Shown here one piece after another: positions 27,013 through 36,889 of a DNA stretch of 64,000 nt (the stretch's first letter is position 1; every line of letters starts with the position of its first letter). Source of the stretch: Fibrobacterota bacterium (lineage in GTDB: Bacteria; Fibrobacterota; Chitinivibrionia; Chitinivibrionales; FEN-1185); contig PLWQ01000019.1 in assembly GCA_003165595.1 (NCBI GenBank), positions 11,341 through 75,340 on the forward strand, given 5' to 3'. Below the pieces are notes generated by a model that saw nothing but the letters and a program-made list of their open reading frames with translations, was not told where the DNA came from and made no database searches. The position numbers and the translations under genes are program-made.

Positions 27013-28110
27013 ATGAAACGCAACCGTTTAGCGCTCAAGCTGTGTATGTGTGCCTTTCTGCCGGTTGCGCATGTTTCCGGGGCCGACTGGAACTACTATT
27101 CGGACAATACGCGTGAGACCTTCGTGCCCCCGCGTGAGGCCGCTTCCGGGGCCTCGGATATCGTTTTTGCCAGGGACGGCAGCTCACAATCGAATGCAGG
27201 CGCCATTCCCTTCGATTCCGTAAACGAGCTCACTCTTTCTTACGCCTCCTATTACGAGAATACCTTCAGCACGTCGATTCTTTCCTACGCAGGCGTCATA
27301 GACCGCGTTTCGGGGTTTTCGCTTTCGCTGAGCTATCTTTACGATCCGGGAATCGCAGGGACGCAGAATCTCGAAGTCGGGTCCGACGGCATGCCGGTGT
27401 GGGATCCGTCCCGTTTCGTGTACTCAAACGAATCGGTTGTTTACTTTCACGCAGCCTACGGTCGCAGGTTCGACGTGAGCCGCCGGTTTGAGATCGGAGT
27501 AGGGGCCGCGCTCAACGCGATGCGGCACTGTCTTCCTTTTGGGGAGTATAAAGGATACGGCATGGGATTCGACGGGGGCCTCATACTCAACTTTCCACGG
27601 CCGGAAATCAGGCTCGGATTGCTGTGCGAGAATATCACCTCGGAGTATACCCGCTGGAGCCCGACCTATTCCGAGAAGGCCTATCCGCATCTGATGTTCG
27701 GCATAGGCTGGGAAAAGGAAATTCCCTATATTTACGGGCATATCAAGATCCACTACAGAACGCTCGACATGCTTTCCAGCGAGGGTGCAAATACCATAAG
27801 CTCCTCAACGGTTTTCGGAACATCGGATTCGTCGACCACGGCTGCGGACCAGAGCCTGTCGGTGCCCCAGAGCGAAGCGGCGACGGCATCGCTTCAGTCC
27901 GATCCATGGTGGTTTCTCCTGAGCGGGAACATCGGCCTTGAATACCGGGTCATGGACGTATTCGCGGTGCGCGTGGGCCACAGCATGGTCAACACGTGGA
28001 CTTTCGGCTGCGGGGTCTCCATGCTCAAGAAAAGGCTCGGTTTCGACTTCGCATATCTTACGCATGAGCTGGCCCCAACCTATCAATTAAGCGTGACATA
28101 TCGACACTAA
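27013..28110 (+). CDS. Hypothetical outer-membrane beta-barrel-like protein
   Basis: Signal peptide MKRNRLALKLCMCAFLPVAHVSG, with alternating beta-strand pattern through to the C-terminus. No family assignment. Confidence 0.55.
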   Translation: MKRNRLALKLCMCAFLPVAHVSGADWNYYSDNTRETFVPPREAASGASDIVFARDGSSQSNAGAIPFDSVNELTLSYASYYENTFSTSILSYAGVIDRVSGFSLSLSYLYDPGIAGTQNLEVGSDGMPVWDPSRFVYSNESVVYFHAAYGRRFDVSRRFEIGVGAALNAMRHCLPFGEYKGYGMGFDGGLILNFPRPEIRLGLLCENITSEYTRWSPTYSEKAYPHLMFGIGWEKEIPYIYGHIKIHYRTLDMLSSEGANTISSSTVFGTSDSSTTAADQSLSVPQSEAATASLQSDPWWFLLSGNIGLEYRVMDVFAVRVGHSMVNTWTFGCGVSMLKKRLGFDFAYLTHELAPTYQLSVTYRH

Positions 28111-28249
28111 AAATGTTATACTAATACTTTGGGCGCGCTCAAACAAGCGTTGTGAGGCCTGAATCATTCCGGTGTTCGCGGGCGCCCTCGCCTGAGCCCT
28201 GCGGCACCATTCTGCCATAACAAGCGAAGCCGAAGTGGAACCGTGACCG

Positions 28250-30235
28250 ATGAACATCGGTGAAGAATACCTTATTCTCATTGTCGACGACGACCACACC
28301 CTCTGCAACGCGCTTTCCAAGTTCTTTTCCGAGCTTGGATACAAAACGGTGCTGGCCTTCAATGGGCTCCAGGCAGTTGAGATGTTCGACGAACTCCGGC
28401 CGCACCTGGTGATCCTCGACATCCACATGCCGGTGATGGACGGCATTCAATTCCTTAACAGAACGCGAAAGAACGGCACGAGCGTCCCCGTCATCGTCAC
28501 CACGGCGCATCCGGATATCAATACCGCCATCGAGGCCATTCAAAGCGGCGCATTCGACTACATTGTAAAGCCCTTTGAGCTGGATGTACTCCAGCAGAAG
28601 GTGACCCGAGCTCTGCAGACCACCAAGCTCGTCCGCGAAAACACGCTGCTTACCCAGCTCGTTTCGCTTCACGAAATCACGAATAAGCTCACGAGCACGC
28701 ACGATATCGAAGAGCTGCTCGACGTTACCTTCCACTACTGCCTCACGGTTTGCAAGGCGGAAAGCGGCTCCATTCAACTGGTGCACAAGGATACCGATGA
28801 ACTCGTCATTGTACGTCAAAAGGGAATTCAGCTTACACAGGTCCGGTCGCCGCTCAACAAGACGGACGAATGGGCGATTTCGAAGTGGGTGCTTAAAAAC
28901 GGGCGCTCGCTGCTCATCTCCGACACCGAAAAGCTTCCCGACCTCTCCATTTCGCTCAACCGGCAGGACATCGGCTCCTCGCTGTCGGTTCCGCTCAAGG
29001 TGTCCGATGAAGTCATCGGCGTCATCAATCTCAACCGCGGCAGGAACAAAGAACAGTTCTCCATGGTTGAACTCAATATCATCAACATGCTCGCCACGCA
29101 GGCAAGCATCGCCATCAATAACGCCAACCTGCTGTCGTCAATCCGTCAGAAGCTCGACGAGTTGTCGCTCATCAGCACCTACTCCGAACAGCTCATGGGG
29201 CTGGTCGACGAGAATGACGTTATCCGGAGCCTGTTTACCACGGTGCAGAAGCATTTTCCGATCGATGTCATCGCGTTCCTCATTGTCCAGAAGCGCAACC
29301 ACGAGCTTCTCTATTGGTCGCGGGGCGCGCTGAGCCAGCAGGATGCCGACAAAATCTGCGCCGAAGTGATTCTGGAATACAATCGGGCCACCCACAGCAG
29401 GGTCCAACAGAAGCGTGTGACGTATCGCCAGCTCATGCCGCCCATGGAATTCGCGCCGAACATCATTTTGCCCCTCGGCTTCAAGTATGCCGTGCCCATC
29501 GTGGGGGAGGCGTTCGACTACGGCGGTCTTTATTTCGGGGCAATGAAGGATCTGCCGGACAGGCACGAACAGCTCACGCTGCTGTCGAGCATCGTGAGCC
29601 AGACGCGGATTGCGCTTACCAACTCCAAACTCTACAGCGACATGAAAGAGAATTACATCCGCACCATCAAGGCGCTTGCCATCGCGGTTGACGCAAAAGA
29701 CACCTACACTCACGGGCATTCGGAAAACGTCATGAACATTGCCGAGGAGATTTCCCGTGAACTGGGCGTGGACGCAAAGAAAGCAAGCAGCATTCGCGAC
29801 GCGGGACTGCTTCACGACATCGGCAAGATCGGCATTCCGGGCTACATTCTTAACAAACACGGATCGCTCACCTACGAAGAATTCAACGGCATCATGAAGA
29901 CCCATTCCTCGCTGGGCGCAAACATCGTTAAAGATGTGCCGTTTCTCCAAGATTTGTATAAGCTTATTCTCTATCACCACGAGAACTACAACGGCAGCGG
30001 TTACCCGGACGGTCTCAGGGGCGAAATGATCCCCTTTGGCGCACGCATCATCCGCGTCGCCGACGCCTTTGAGGCAATGACCTCTAACCGGCCCTACAGA
30101 AACAGCCTCGGCAAGAAAGAGGCTGTAAAACGCCTCAAGGAAGGTAGCAACGTTGAATTCGACCCCGACGTGGTTGAAGCGTTTCTGCGGGTGGCGCGAA
30201 AGAAGAAGTGGCTGGAAGAATCGGACGTTGGGTAG
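28250..30235 (+). CDS. Response regulator with GAF domains and an HD-GYP c-di-GMP phosphodiesterase domain
   Basis: REC (ILIVDDD...VILDIHMP...TAHPD), central GAF-like regions, and HD-GYP motifs HGHSENV, LHDIGKIGIP and HHENYNGSGYPDGL. Confidence 0.9.
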   Translation: MNIGEEYLILIVDDDHTLCNALSKFFSELGYKTVLAFNGLQAVEMFDELRPHLVILDIHMPVMDGIQFLNRTRKNGTSVPVIVTTAHPDINTAIEAIQSGAFDYIVKPFELDVLQQKVTRALQTTKLVRENTLLTQLVSLHEITNKLTSTHDIEELLDVTFHYCLTVCKAESGSIQLVHKDTDELVIVRQKGIQLTQVRSPLNKTDEWAISKWVLKNGRSLLISDTEKLPDLSISLNRQDIGSSLSVPLKVSDEVIGVINLNRGRNKEQFSMVELNIINMLATQASIAINNANLLSSIRQKLDELSLISTYSEQLMGLVDENDVIRSLFTTVQKHFPIDVIAFLIVQKRNHELLYWSRGALSQQDADKICAEVILEYNRATHSRVQQKRVTYRQLMPPMEFAPNIILPLGFKYAVPIVGEAFDYGGLYFGAMKDLPDRHEQLTLLSSIVSQTRIALTNSKLYSDMKENYIRTIKALAIAVDAKDTYTHGHSENVMNIAEEISRELGVDAKKASSIRDAGLLHDIGKIGIPGYILNKHGSLTYEEFNGIMKTHSSLGANIVKDVPFLQDLYKLILYHHENYNGSGYPDGLRGEMIPFGARIIRVADAFEAMTSNRPYRNSLGKKEAVKRLKEGSNVEFDPDVVEAFLRVARKKKWLEESDVG

Positions 30236-30402
30236 GGGTTGCTTGGTCTCGTTTTTCCCCTTGGGAATCTCGTTCCTTGATCACAGTAATATTCGTCCCC
30301 CGACCAGTTTCTTCCGAATGTCAAAGCCGCAATAATATATATTGGTTATTCCCGATTTCGTTAATTCCCATCTTATCAATTTTCAACGCGAAAGGTCTTC
30401 GT

Positions 30403-31392
30403 ATGAAGAAGTGCATGCTCGTGTTTCTCATGCTTCTCGTTTGCTGCGCCAACGAAAACAAGCCGCAGGACGGCGCCATACGCGTCAACGGTACCTGGAT
30501 CAAGAAAGACAATATCGACAAGGTGGTGGAGTTGTACCGGCAACAGATGCTCGCGGCGTTCCCCCAGAAATCACTTGAGGGCATTCCTCCAACGGTCAAG
30601 AAGAACATCGCACAGCAGCTCATCGCGAACGAACTGGTATTGCAGGAAGCCCGCAAGCGCAAGATGCCGTGCGACTCCGCGCGGCTGGAACAGATGCTTG
30701 AAGGGATAAAGAAGCAATTCCCGGACTCCGCCGCTCTCGACCGGGAGCTTGCGAAGATGGGACAAACGCGCCAGGACATGCACAATCAGGTTCGCGACGG
30801 ACTCCTCATCGACACCCTCATCAAGTCGCTCAGCAAGCCTTCCGACTCCGTGAGCGAGAAGGCCTGCAAGGAGTACTACGACGGCAACCAGCCCCAATTC
30901 GCCTCGGAAAAACGTTTCCGGGTGAGCCAGATACTCTTTGTAGTCAAGAAAGACGCCTCTGCCGCGCAAAAGAGAGCGGCGGCCGACAAGGCGGCAAAGG
31001 TTCTCGCGGAAGTCAAGGCTGGAAAAGATTTCGCGGCGGAAGCCAAGAAGTATTCCGAAGATCCGTCAACGGCCAAGGCCGGCGGCGATATCGGCTGGTT
31101 CAAGAAGGGGGATCTCAAGAAAGAATTCGATGTGGTTGCCACGCCCCTCAAGCAGAACGAGGTGAGCAACGTGTTCGAAACCGATGCGGGATTTCACATT
31201 GCAAAGAAAACGGGTGAGGAGATGCTGCCGCCCGAGCCGTTCGAGAAGGCGAAGGACCAGATCGTAAAGATGCTGACGCTCAAGAAACAGAATGATATGG
31301 TAAAACATTTTATCGACAGTCTCATGGTCGGCGCGAAAATAGAGTACGCAGACACGTCATACAAGCTGGACAAGTCTGCGATGGCAAGGTAG
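30403..31392 (+). CDS. Lipoprotein peptidyl-prolyl isomerase (SurA/PrsA-like, parvulin domain)
   Basis: Start MKKCMLVFLMLLVCC (lipobox). Parvulin block FRVSQILF...AKKYSEDPSTAKAGGDIGWFKKGDL...GFHIAK. Confidence 0.85.
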   Translation: MKKCMLVFLMLLVCCANENKPQDGAIRVNGTWIKKDNIDKVVELYRQQMLAAFPQKSLEGIPPTVKKNIAQQLIANELVLQEARKRKMPCDSARLEQMLEGIKKQFPDSAALDRELAKMGQTRQDMHNQVRDGLLIDTLIKSLSKPSDSVSEKACKEYYDGNQPQFASEKRFRVSQILFVVKKDASAAQKRAAADKAAKVLAEVKAGKDFAAEAKKYSEDPSTAKAGGDIGWFKKGDLKKEFDVVATPLKQNEVSNVFETDAGFHIAKKTGEEMLPPEPFEKAKDQIVKMLTLKKQNDMVKHFIDSLMVGAKIEYADTSYKLDKSAMAR

Positions 31393-31463
31393 CGACTCCT
31401 GCGCAGGAACGGCGGGTTCCGCCAGCGCGGCCCGTGATCGGCAAGCGCGGTATCCGATTATGG

Positions 31464-31904
31464 TCAGGCAGGCTTGTCGAGGTGTTCCGCCCGGAAGATA
31501 CCGTATTTGAGCTTACAGTCGTGCAACAGGTAGGCGTCGCCGTCGGGCCGCATGCCGGCCTGGAACAATGTGTCCATCATCTTGAGCTGCTCTACGTTCT
31601 TCTTGAGCCTTGCGGGATTGGAAACAAAGACCTCCGCAAGGCTTTTTTTTGTTCGGAAATCGTTCTCCGCCTGGTTGGCAACACGGATTCCGTAGGGCCC
31701 GAGCTGCTGTTTGAAGGAATAGACGTGACGCTTAAAGTCACGGTCGGTGCCTATTCGCATAGCGAGGCGTTCGATGACGAGCCAGACTGTGCGCTCCAGT
31801 GCCGCTGCAAGGACCGCCAGCCATATCGACCTCACGGCAAACAGGTAGAAGGCGATTCCGCACGCCAGTGCGAAGTAGAACCTGTAAAATCCGACGAGCC
31901 ACAT
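31464..31904 (-). CDS. Hypothetical membrane protein
   Basis: Start MWLVGFYRFYF, two predicted TM helices, then a soluble domain of about 90 aa. No recognised family. Confidence 0.5.
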   Translation of the reverse strand: MWLVGFYRFYFALACGIAFYLFAVRSIWLAVLAAALERTVWLVIERLAMRIGTDRDFKRHVYSFKQQLGPYGIRVANQAENDFRTKKSLAEVFVSNPARLKKNVEQLKMMDTLFQAGMRPDGDAYLLHDCKLKYGIFRAEHLDKPA

Positions 31905-32014
31905 GTACAAGACCTTTTCTGGGCTATGGCGCCACAGGAGATTCTTGGGAGGAAGGCGCAGCGGAATGCGAAGAAACAATCCGAGGTACGCCCACGATCA
32001 GCAAGAATGCCTGG

Positions 32015-32224
32015 TCACTTCTTTTCCTTGAGCATTTCCTTGAGAACGCCGGCAATCATCTTTGCCGCTTCTTCGCTGAGGCCTTTACCTTTGTGGGGAA
32101 TTCTGGCCTGAACATTCCTGATCTTCTGCGCTTTTGTGGTTGCGGGAAGCGAGTCTTTTCGACAGGGGTTTTTGTCGAGCCGCTTGTAGCCGTGTGCGGT
32201 GAGATACTGGGGTTTTTCGAACAT
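32015..32224 (-). CDS. Hypothetical small basic protein (69 aa)
   Basis: ATG at 32224 preceded by GGAGG. Lys/Arg-rich. Confidence 0.45.
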   Translation of the reverse strand: MFEKPQYLTAHGYKRLDKNPCRKDSLPATTKAQKIRNVQARIPHKGKGLSEEAAKMIAGVLKEMLKEKK

Positions 32225-32267
32225 GCGACGACCTCCGTCTTCGGCAAGGGCCCGTACCATTATTGTA

Positions 32268-32765
32268 CTATACCCTGAATTCCCTTTCAACGATTTCGTT
32301 AATGAACCTGTCTATTGACACGGGGTAATACTTGAACATGGGGCCGAAGATAAGGCCGGTCCGGATGTTTTCCTGACTTCCCAGCTGGTCGTTGACCCTG
32401 TCCACGTGCTCCTGGGGTTTTTCCTCGCATGACTTGATGTTGAAATACTCGCTTTCGATTTTGACGCTCTTTTTGTGCGCGATGGCAAATGAGAACATCC
32501 TGCCCTGAAGTTCCTTATCGAACGTTTCCGGGTCGAACACGTCGCCGAATGTGTCGCCAAGCATGTTGGGTGTGATCACGAACTTGGGAGACACATTAAT
32601 CTTGCCGTTGATTTCGATGGATGCCGACTCGTTGGTTTCATCGGGAGCGACGAGGATGTAGGGAAGTTCGTGATAGCCGGACACAATGCCGGAAATAGGC
32701 TTGCGGACAATATTGGTTTTGAAGAATATTTCCCGCAGATGCTCGTTTTTGTCGTAATCAAACAT
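32268..32765 (-). CDS. Hypothetical protein (165 aa)
   Basis: Clean ORF with normal amino-acid composition and lower GC than its neighbours. No recognised motif. Confidence 0.6.
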   Translation of the reverse strand: MFDYDKNEHLREIFFKTNIVRKPISGIVSGYHELPYILVAPDETNESASIEINGKINVSPKFVITPNMLGDTFGDVFDPETFDKELQGRMFSFAIAHKKSVKIESEYFNIKSCEEKPQEHVDRVNDQLGSQENIRTGLIFGPMFKYYPVSIDRFINEIVEREFRV

Positions 32766-32850
32766 GGTGGAAAAATACTCTGTTCTACGATTGCCGGGTT
32801 GGAGATGATGAGACTTTAATCAGCAAAGCTTCGCCTGCGGCCGCGGTTGT

Positions 32851-34191
32851 TTACTCTCCGATCACTTCAACCCCGGTTTGCTGCGTATCCGTCCGCGGCT
32901 GCGGTGGAATAGCGGTGTCATGCCGCGCCGCCTTTCTCATTACCGCATCTTTCATGGCCGCATCTCTCAGCGAATCCCGGTGAACATCCTGGTCCACCAG
33001 CGCATCCGCAATTGCCTTGAACCACTGGCCGATGTTCCCATCGAATTGTCCAAGAGTGTACAGGGCCTGGTTGACGGCGTTCTTCCCGGCCCAGATTCGT
33101 TCCTGGGTAAGGCGGTACCTGTGCGCCGTCTGCTGCCTTCCCGCGTCGCGTTTCGCCTCGAAGATGGGATAATACGCCGTGGAGGAATTGCCGTGAAGGT
33201 CGAACACGGATATCGCCAGCACGTAATTCGATGAGTCAATCTGCAAAGTCTTTGTGATGCCTTCGCGCTTTGATCCTTTGAAGTAAATGCTTTCCCGGCA
33301 GGAATCCGCGCCGAACTGCGCTTCCCGCAGGCCCACATCGCTTGTTGCTGTAAACGTGACCGAAACCTGCTGGGTTTCGGTATAGGAGAGCGTCACGTCG
33401 CGAATGGCCGGCCCGGCGCCGCGGTCCTTGTCAATGGAAGAAACTTGCGAGGGGTTAAAAAAGAATGCGAGCTTGTAGGCGGCGCACCCCGTGTCGATGC
33501 CGTGCACGTTGACGGGCAAGGGCAGCGTGCTCACGCCCGAACGTTCGTCCAGAACAAAGGATGTGCCGGCCAGACCGAACGAAAATGCGATGCGCAACCC
33601 GTCTTCCCGGTTTCTCGCCAGCATGGCGGACGAAAAGCTCTTTGAGAATTCCTCCGCTTTGTCAACTAGCTGCAGCTTGGCCGCAAATGAGGTATCTGCA
33701 ATGGACGCCGCCCACATCGTCTGCGTGGTGTTGCACGAGGCGCAGGGGAAGAAAAGCGTCTTTGTGCGAGTCGCCGTGCCATACCGGACGATGGAGGAGT
33801 CGAACCTGAGAGCTTGCGGGGTGGCGGAAAAAAAATAGGTTGCCGAGACCACAAGCGTATCGAACCTGTAGATTCGGTCGAATCGCATGAGAAGATAGTC
33901 GAAGCCGCATTCGTAGGCCATGTGTTTGAGCATGCTGAGGTCGTAGTGCCATTCGGCCCTGCCCGATTCACAGAACGCGCATTCGTTGAACAAAGGTGAT
34001 CGTGGAGGATTGAGCGGGAGAAACTGCGGCTCTCCCGCGACAATCGTCAAGGACTCGGCAGGACTCTGATGAATTACGAATGCAGGCTTCCGGGGCTCCA
34101 CATTTGAGGCGTTGGCGGACAATGCAACAAGAGACAGGGCGCAACTTACCCTCAAGAACAAACCAAATACCTTAAGAAGCCATGTTAGCAT
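32851..34191 (-). CDS. Hypothetical exported protein (446 aa)
   Basis: Start MLTWLLKVFGLFLRVSCALSLVALSANA (signal peptide). Several Cys pairs. No recognised family. Confidence 0.6.
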   Translation of the reverse strand: MLTWLLKVFGLFLRVSCALSLVALSANASNVEPRKPAFVIHQSPAESLTIVAGEPQFLPLNPPRSPLFNECAFCESGRAEWHYDLSMLKHMAYECGFDYLLMRFDRIYRFDTLVVSATYFFSATPQALRFDSSIVRYGTATRTKTLFFPCASCNTTQTMWAASIADTSFAAKLQLVDKAEEFSKSFSSAMLARNREDGLRIAFSFGLAGTSFVLDERSGVSTLPLPVNVHGIDTGCAAYKLAFFFNPSQVSSIDKDRGAGPAIRDVTLSYTETQQVSVTFTATSDVGLREAQFGADSCRESIYFKGSKREGITKTLQIDSSNYVLAISVFDLHGNSSTAYYPIFEAKRDAGRQQTAHRYRLTQERIWAGKNAVNQALYTLGQFDGNIGQWFKAIADALVDQDVHRDSLRDAAMKDAVMRKAARHDTAIPPQPRTDTQQTGVEVIGE

Positions 34192-34590
34192 ATTGATGCA
34201 ATATTTGTAATAATAAAGACTTGCAATAATGAAAAGCAAATTGCGTGATCTGAGGTATACGCTCCGGCATTCATCATTATTTTTCTGCCTGCAGCAGATT
34301 CCAACTGCCAATCATACATGGCCAACGCTACGGGTCTGCAAATCGGTTGGCTCGCCGCAAGCGCCCCAGCGGACAGAATCATAATATAAATGCGGCTAAC
34401 CAATCATTTTGTGCCGCATGTGTAGGTGTGCGAGAGAAACCTGCGGTGTCTTTTTGAAAAGAGAGTGTTTGGGTTTGCAATAATATTTCGGAAAATCCGT
34501 CACCAAGCGTGGTGGTTGTCCTGCCAAGCAGTTTTTCGAATCCGGGACAATACGTGTGACAAACAGACGTAATAATCTGACACAAAAGTA

Positions 34591-34619
34591 TTGACAGCTG
34601 ACTCAGAAATCGCTATATT
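34591..34619 (+). promoter_or_regulatory. Sigma70-type promoter of the tetR-efflux operon
   Basis: TTGACA (34591-34596), a 17-bp spacer, then TATATT (34614-34619), 37 bp upstream of the tetR ATG. Confidence 0.6.
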
Positions 34620-34655
34620 TAACTGCAGAGTTATTTCTTTGACCATGGAGTCATA

Positions 34656-35318
34656 ATGGAACTTAATGCAAGAGAAGCAAGAGGCCAGCTGGTTCACGAC
34701 GCAAAGAGCAGCTTGATTCTTGACGCGGCCCTCAAGGTATTTGCGGAAAAAGGATTTCACGAATCAAGACTTGAGGATATTGCTGCAACCGCTGGCTTTT
34801 CAAAGGCTTCTCTATATAACTACTATGAAGACAAGGAAGAGATCTTTCTTCACATTCTCATCAGAATGCATGAGAAGATCATTGATGCACTTAGAAATGA
34901 ATTAAGGGAAGACCGCCACATCCGGGACAACCTTCTTGCCATGCTTCGTTCAATTCTCAAGGTATATGGAGATAACTTCTCGTTTTCAATGAGCATGACC
35001 GATTTGAAAACCATGGCTCCCAGCAGCATGCAAAGGTTTCAGGAAAGACACCAGCAACTAATGGCAAGGTTCAAGCATTATGCGAAAGAAATGACCGACT
35101 TATCCATCGCTGCTTTTGCGCTCGGCAGAAAACGGGGAGAAATAGTATCATCCCTTGATGACAAGACCCTTTCGCAGTATGTAACCGCAATTGTCCGCGG
35201 AGTTTTGTTTGATTGCAAAGCCGAGCGTAAGCTTGGCGATTTGGAAGTTCATTCCCGAAGCATCATGGAGTTCCTGTCGCATGGGATTGGGTTTGCGAAT
35301 CTGCCGGCAGCAAAGTGA
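34656..35318 (+). CDS. TetR/AcrR-family transcriptional regulator
   Basis: N-terminal HTH ILDAALKVFAEKGFHESRLEDIAATAGFSKASLYNYYEDKEEIF. Confidence 0.9.
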   Translation: MELNAREARGQLVHDAKSSLILDAALKVFAEKGFHESRLEDIAATAGFSKASLYNYYEDKEEIFLHILIRMHEKIIDALRNELREDRHIRDNLLAMLRSILKVYGDNFSFSMSMTDLKTMAPSSMQRFQERHQQLMARFKHYAKEMTDLSIAAFALGRKRGEIVSSLDDKTLSQYVTAIVRGVLFDCKAERKLGDLEVHSRSIMEFLSHGIGFANLPAAK

Positions 35319-35419
35319 AAAGACTTATGAAGGACGAGAGTGATTCAAGCAGACGTGAGATGGCACGGATTTTGATGACGGATAATGTACGAATTCTGAT
35401 AAGCAGATGGAGATCAATC

Positions 35420-36880
35420 ATGCGCGAAAGACGAACGTTGTTGATTCTTGGCATTGGTGCCGTGGTATTCTTTCTAGGCCGTGCGCAAGCTCAGAGTCTG
35501 ACTGTTGAGCAGGCAATACGAGAAGTCTGCACCAATAGCGATTCGGTGAAAATGATGAAGGAAACCATCAAAAAATCAAATGAAATGGTGCGCGAAAACT
35601 GGGCGAACGCGTTGCCCTATGTTTCGGCCACCGGCGCATATGTCCATGAATACGGGTCTCCCTTTAGCAGCAGCAGCGGCAGCAGCTCCGGTTCTTCCCG
35701 GCCGCTTGCCAAAGAAGCTAGTACCTTTACTCCCATGGACTCCGGTTTGGTGTCGGCACTTGCGAGTATTGTGCCCATGCTGAAATCTTTTAGCGACCTT
35801 TCAAATCCGGTTCATTCCAATATTTATACCGCCGGGATCTCGTTCAGTCAGCCCATCTACACTTTTGGCAAGGTGGGAAATGCCATAAGCGTTGCGAGTG
35901 ACTACAACAAGTCCGCGAAGTGTTCCTATGCCCGCAACATGCAGACGCTTCAGCTCGGCGCACTCGATGTGTTTTTTGGCACGGTAATTATTCACAAGAG
36001 GGCCGAAATCGCGGACCACTCGCTTGATCGCAAAAAGGAGTTGGACAGTTTCCTCGAAAGGAATTTTCAGAATGGATCCGGCAGCAAGGCGCAGGTCCTC
36101 AAAACGAGGGCGGATGTGGCTGATCAGGACGCCCAGACCATAATCGCAATTCGGGATGCAAAGGTTGCTCGGATGAATCTTAATGCGATGATGGGGCGAC
36201 CGCTCACCGACACGATGAGCCTGGACACGGTTTCGATGCTTGGTCAGATCGTCACCATGAGCATCCCGCAACCGGAAGACGCTGTAAAGGCGGCACTCTC
36301 GGACCGGACCGACATCAAGGCAATAAAGTTTTTGGCCGAAACCAACAAGGGCGGCGCAAAGATCTACAGAGCCATGTATCTTCCCTCGATCGCGGCAACC
36401 GGATCCGCCGGTTACACAAGAATGAACTCCGATTTGTCACTGCTCAGCAATAACGGTAGTCCAAGCTGGACTCTTGGCGTCGGCGCGCAATGGACGCTTT
36501 TTGACGGCTTTGCCAACAGCGCCAAGGCTGCCCAGTACCAGAGCGACGCCAACAAGTTCGAGATTTTCGTTTCCACAATGCAGAAAATGGTTGAAATCGA
36601 AGTCCGTTCCGCGATACTCGAATGTGCGGCTGCCGACAGCAATCTGAACTCTTCGAGGGAAATGCTCACGTCGGCCCAGGAAGGATACCTACTGACAAAT
36701 AACAATTTCAAACAAGGAAGCGGTCAGTTCGCCGATGTGCAGCTGTCTGACGAAACTCTGAAGCAGGCTGAACTGGGAGTGATCAATGCGCGCTATCGTC
36801 AGGTACGCTCCCGCGCCGCTCTCCTTATCGCCATGGGCAAGGAAATAGTTGCACTTAACAACGATCAAAAATCCAAATAG
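35420..36880 (+). CDS. TolC-family outer-membrane efflux protein
   Basis: Start MRERRTLLILGIGAVVFFLGRAQAQ. Duplicated OEP coiled-coil/beta repeats. Sits between tetR and the MFP/RND genes. Confidence 0.85.
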   Translation: MRERRTLLILGIGAVVFFLGRAQAQSLTVEQAIREVCTNSDSVKMMKETIKKSNEMVRENWANALPYVSATGAYVHEYGSPFSSSSGSSSGSSRPLAKEASTFTPMDSGLVSALASIVPMLKSFSDLSNPVHSNIYTAGISFSQPIYTFGKVGNAISVASDYNKSAKCSYARNMQTLQLGALDVFFGTVIIHKRAEIADHSLDRKKELDSFLERNFQNGSGSKAQVLKTRADVADQDAQTIIAIRDAKVARMNLNAMMGRPLTDTMSLDTVSMLGQIVTMSIPQPEDAVKAALSDRTDIKAIKFLAETNKGGAKIYRAMYLPSIAATGSAGYTRMNSDLSLLSNNGSPSWTLGVGAQWTLFDGFANSAKAAQYQSDANKFEIFVSTMQKMVEIEVRSAILECAAADSNLNSSREMLTSAQEGYLLTNNNFKQGSGQFADVQLSDETLKQAELGVINARYRQVRSRAALLIAMGKEIVALNNDQKSK

Positions 36881-36889
36881 GAGGTTCCT

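Noticed and set aside
28180-28187. Extra GGGCGCCC palindrome 62 bp upstream of the HD-GYP regulator gene
   Set aside because: An all-GC 8-mer is expected a few times per 64 kb at this base composition, and no flanking similarity to the dispersed element was seen.
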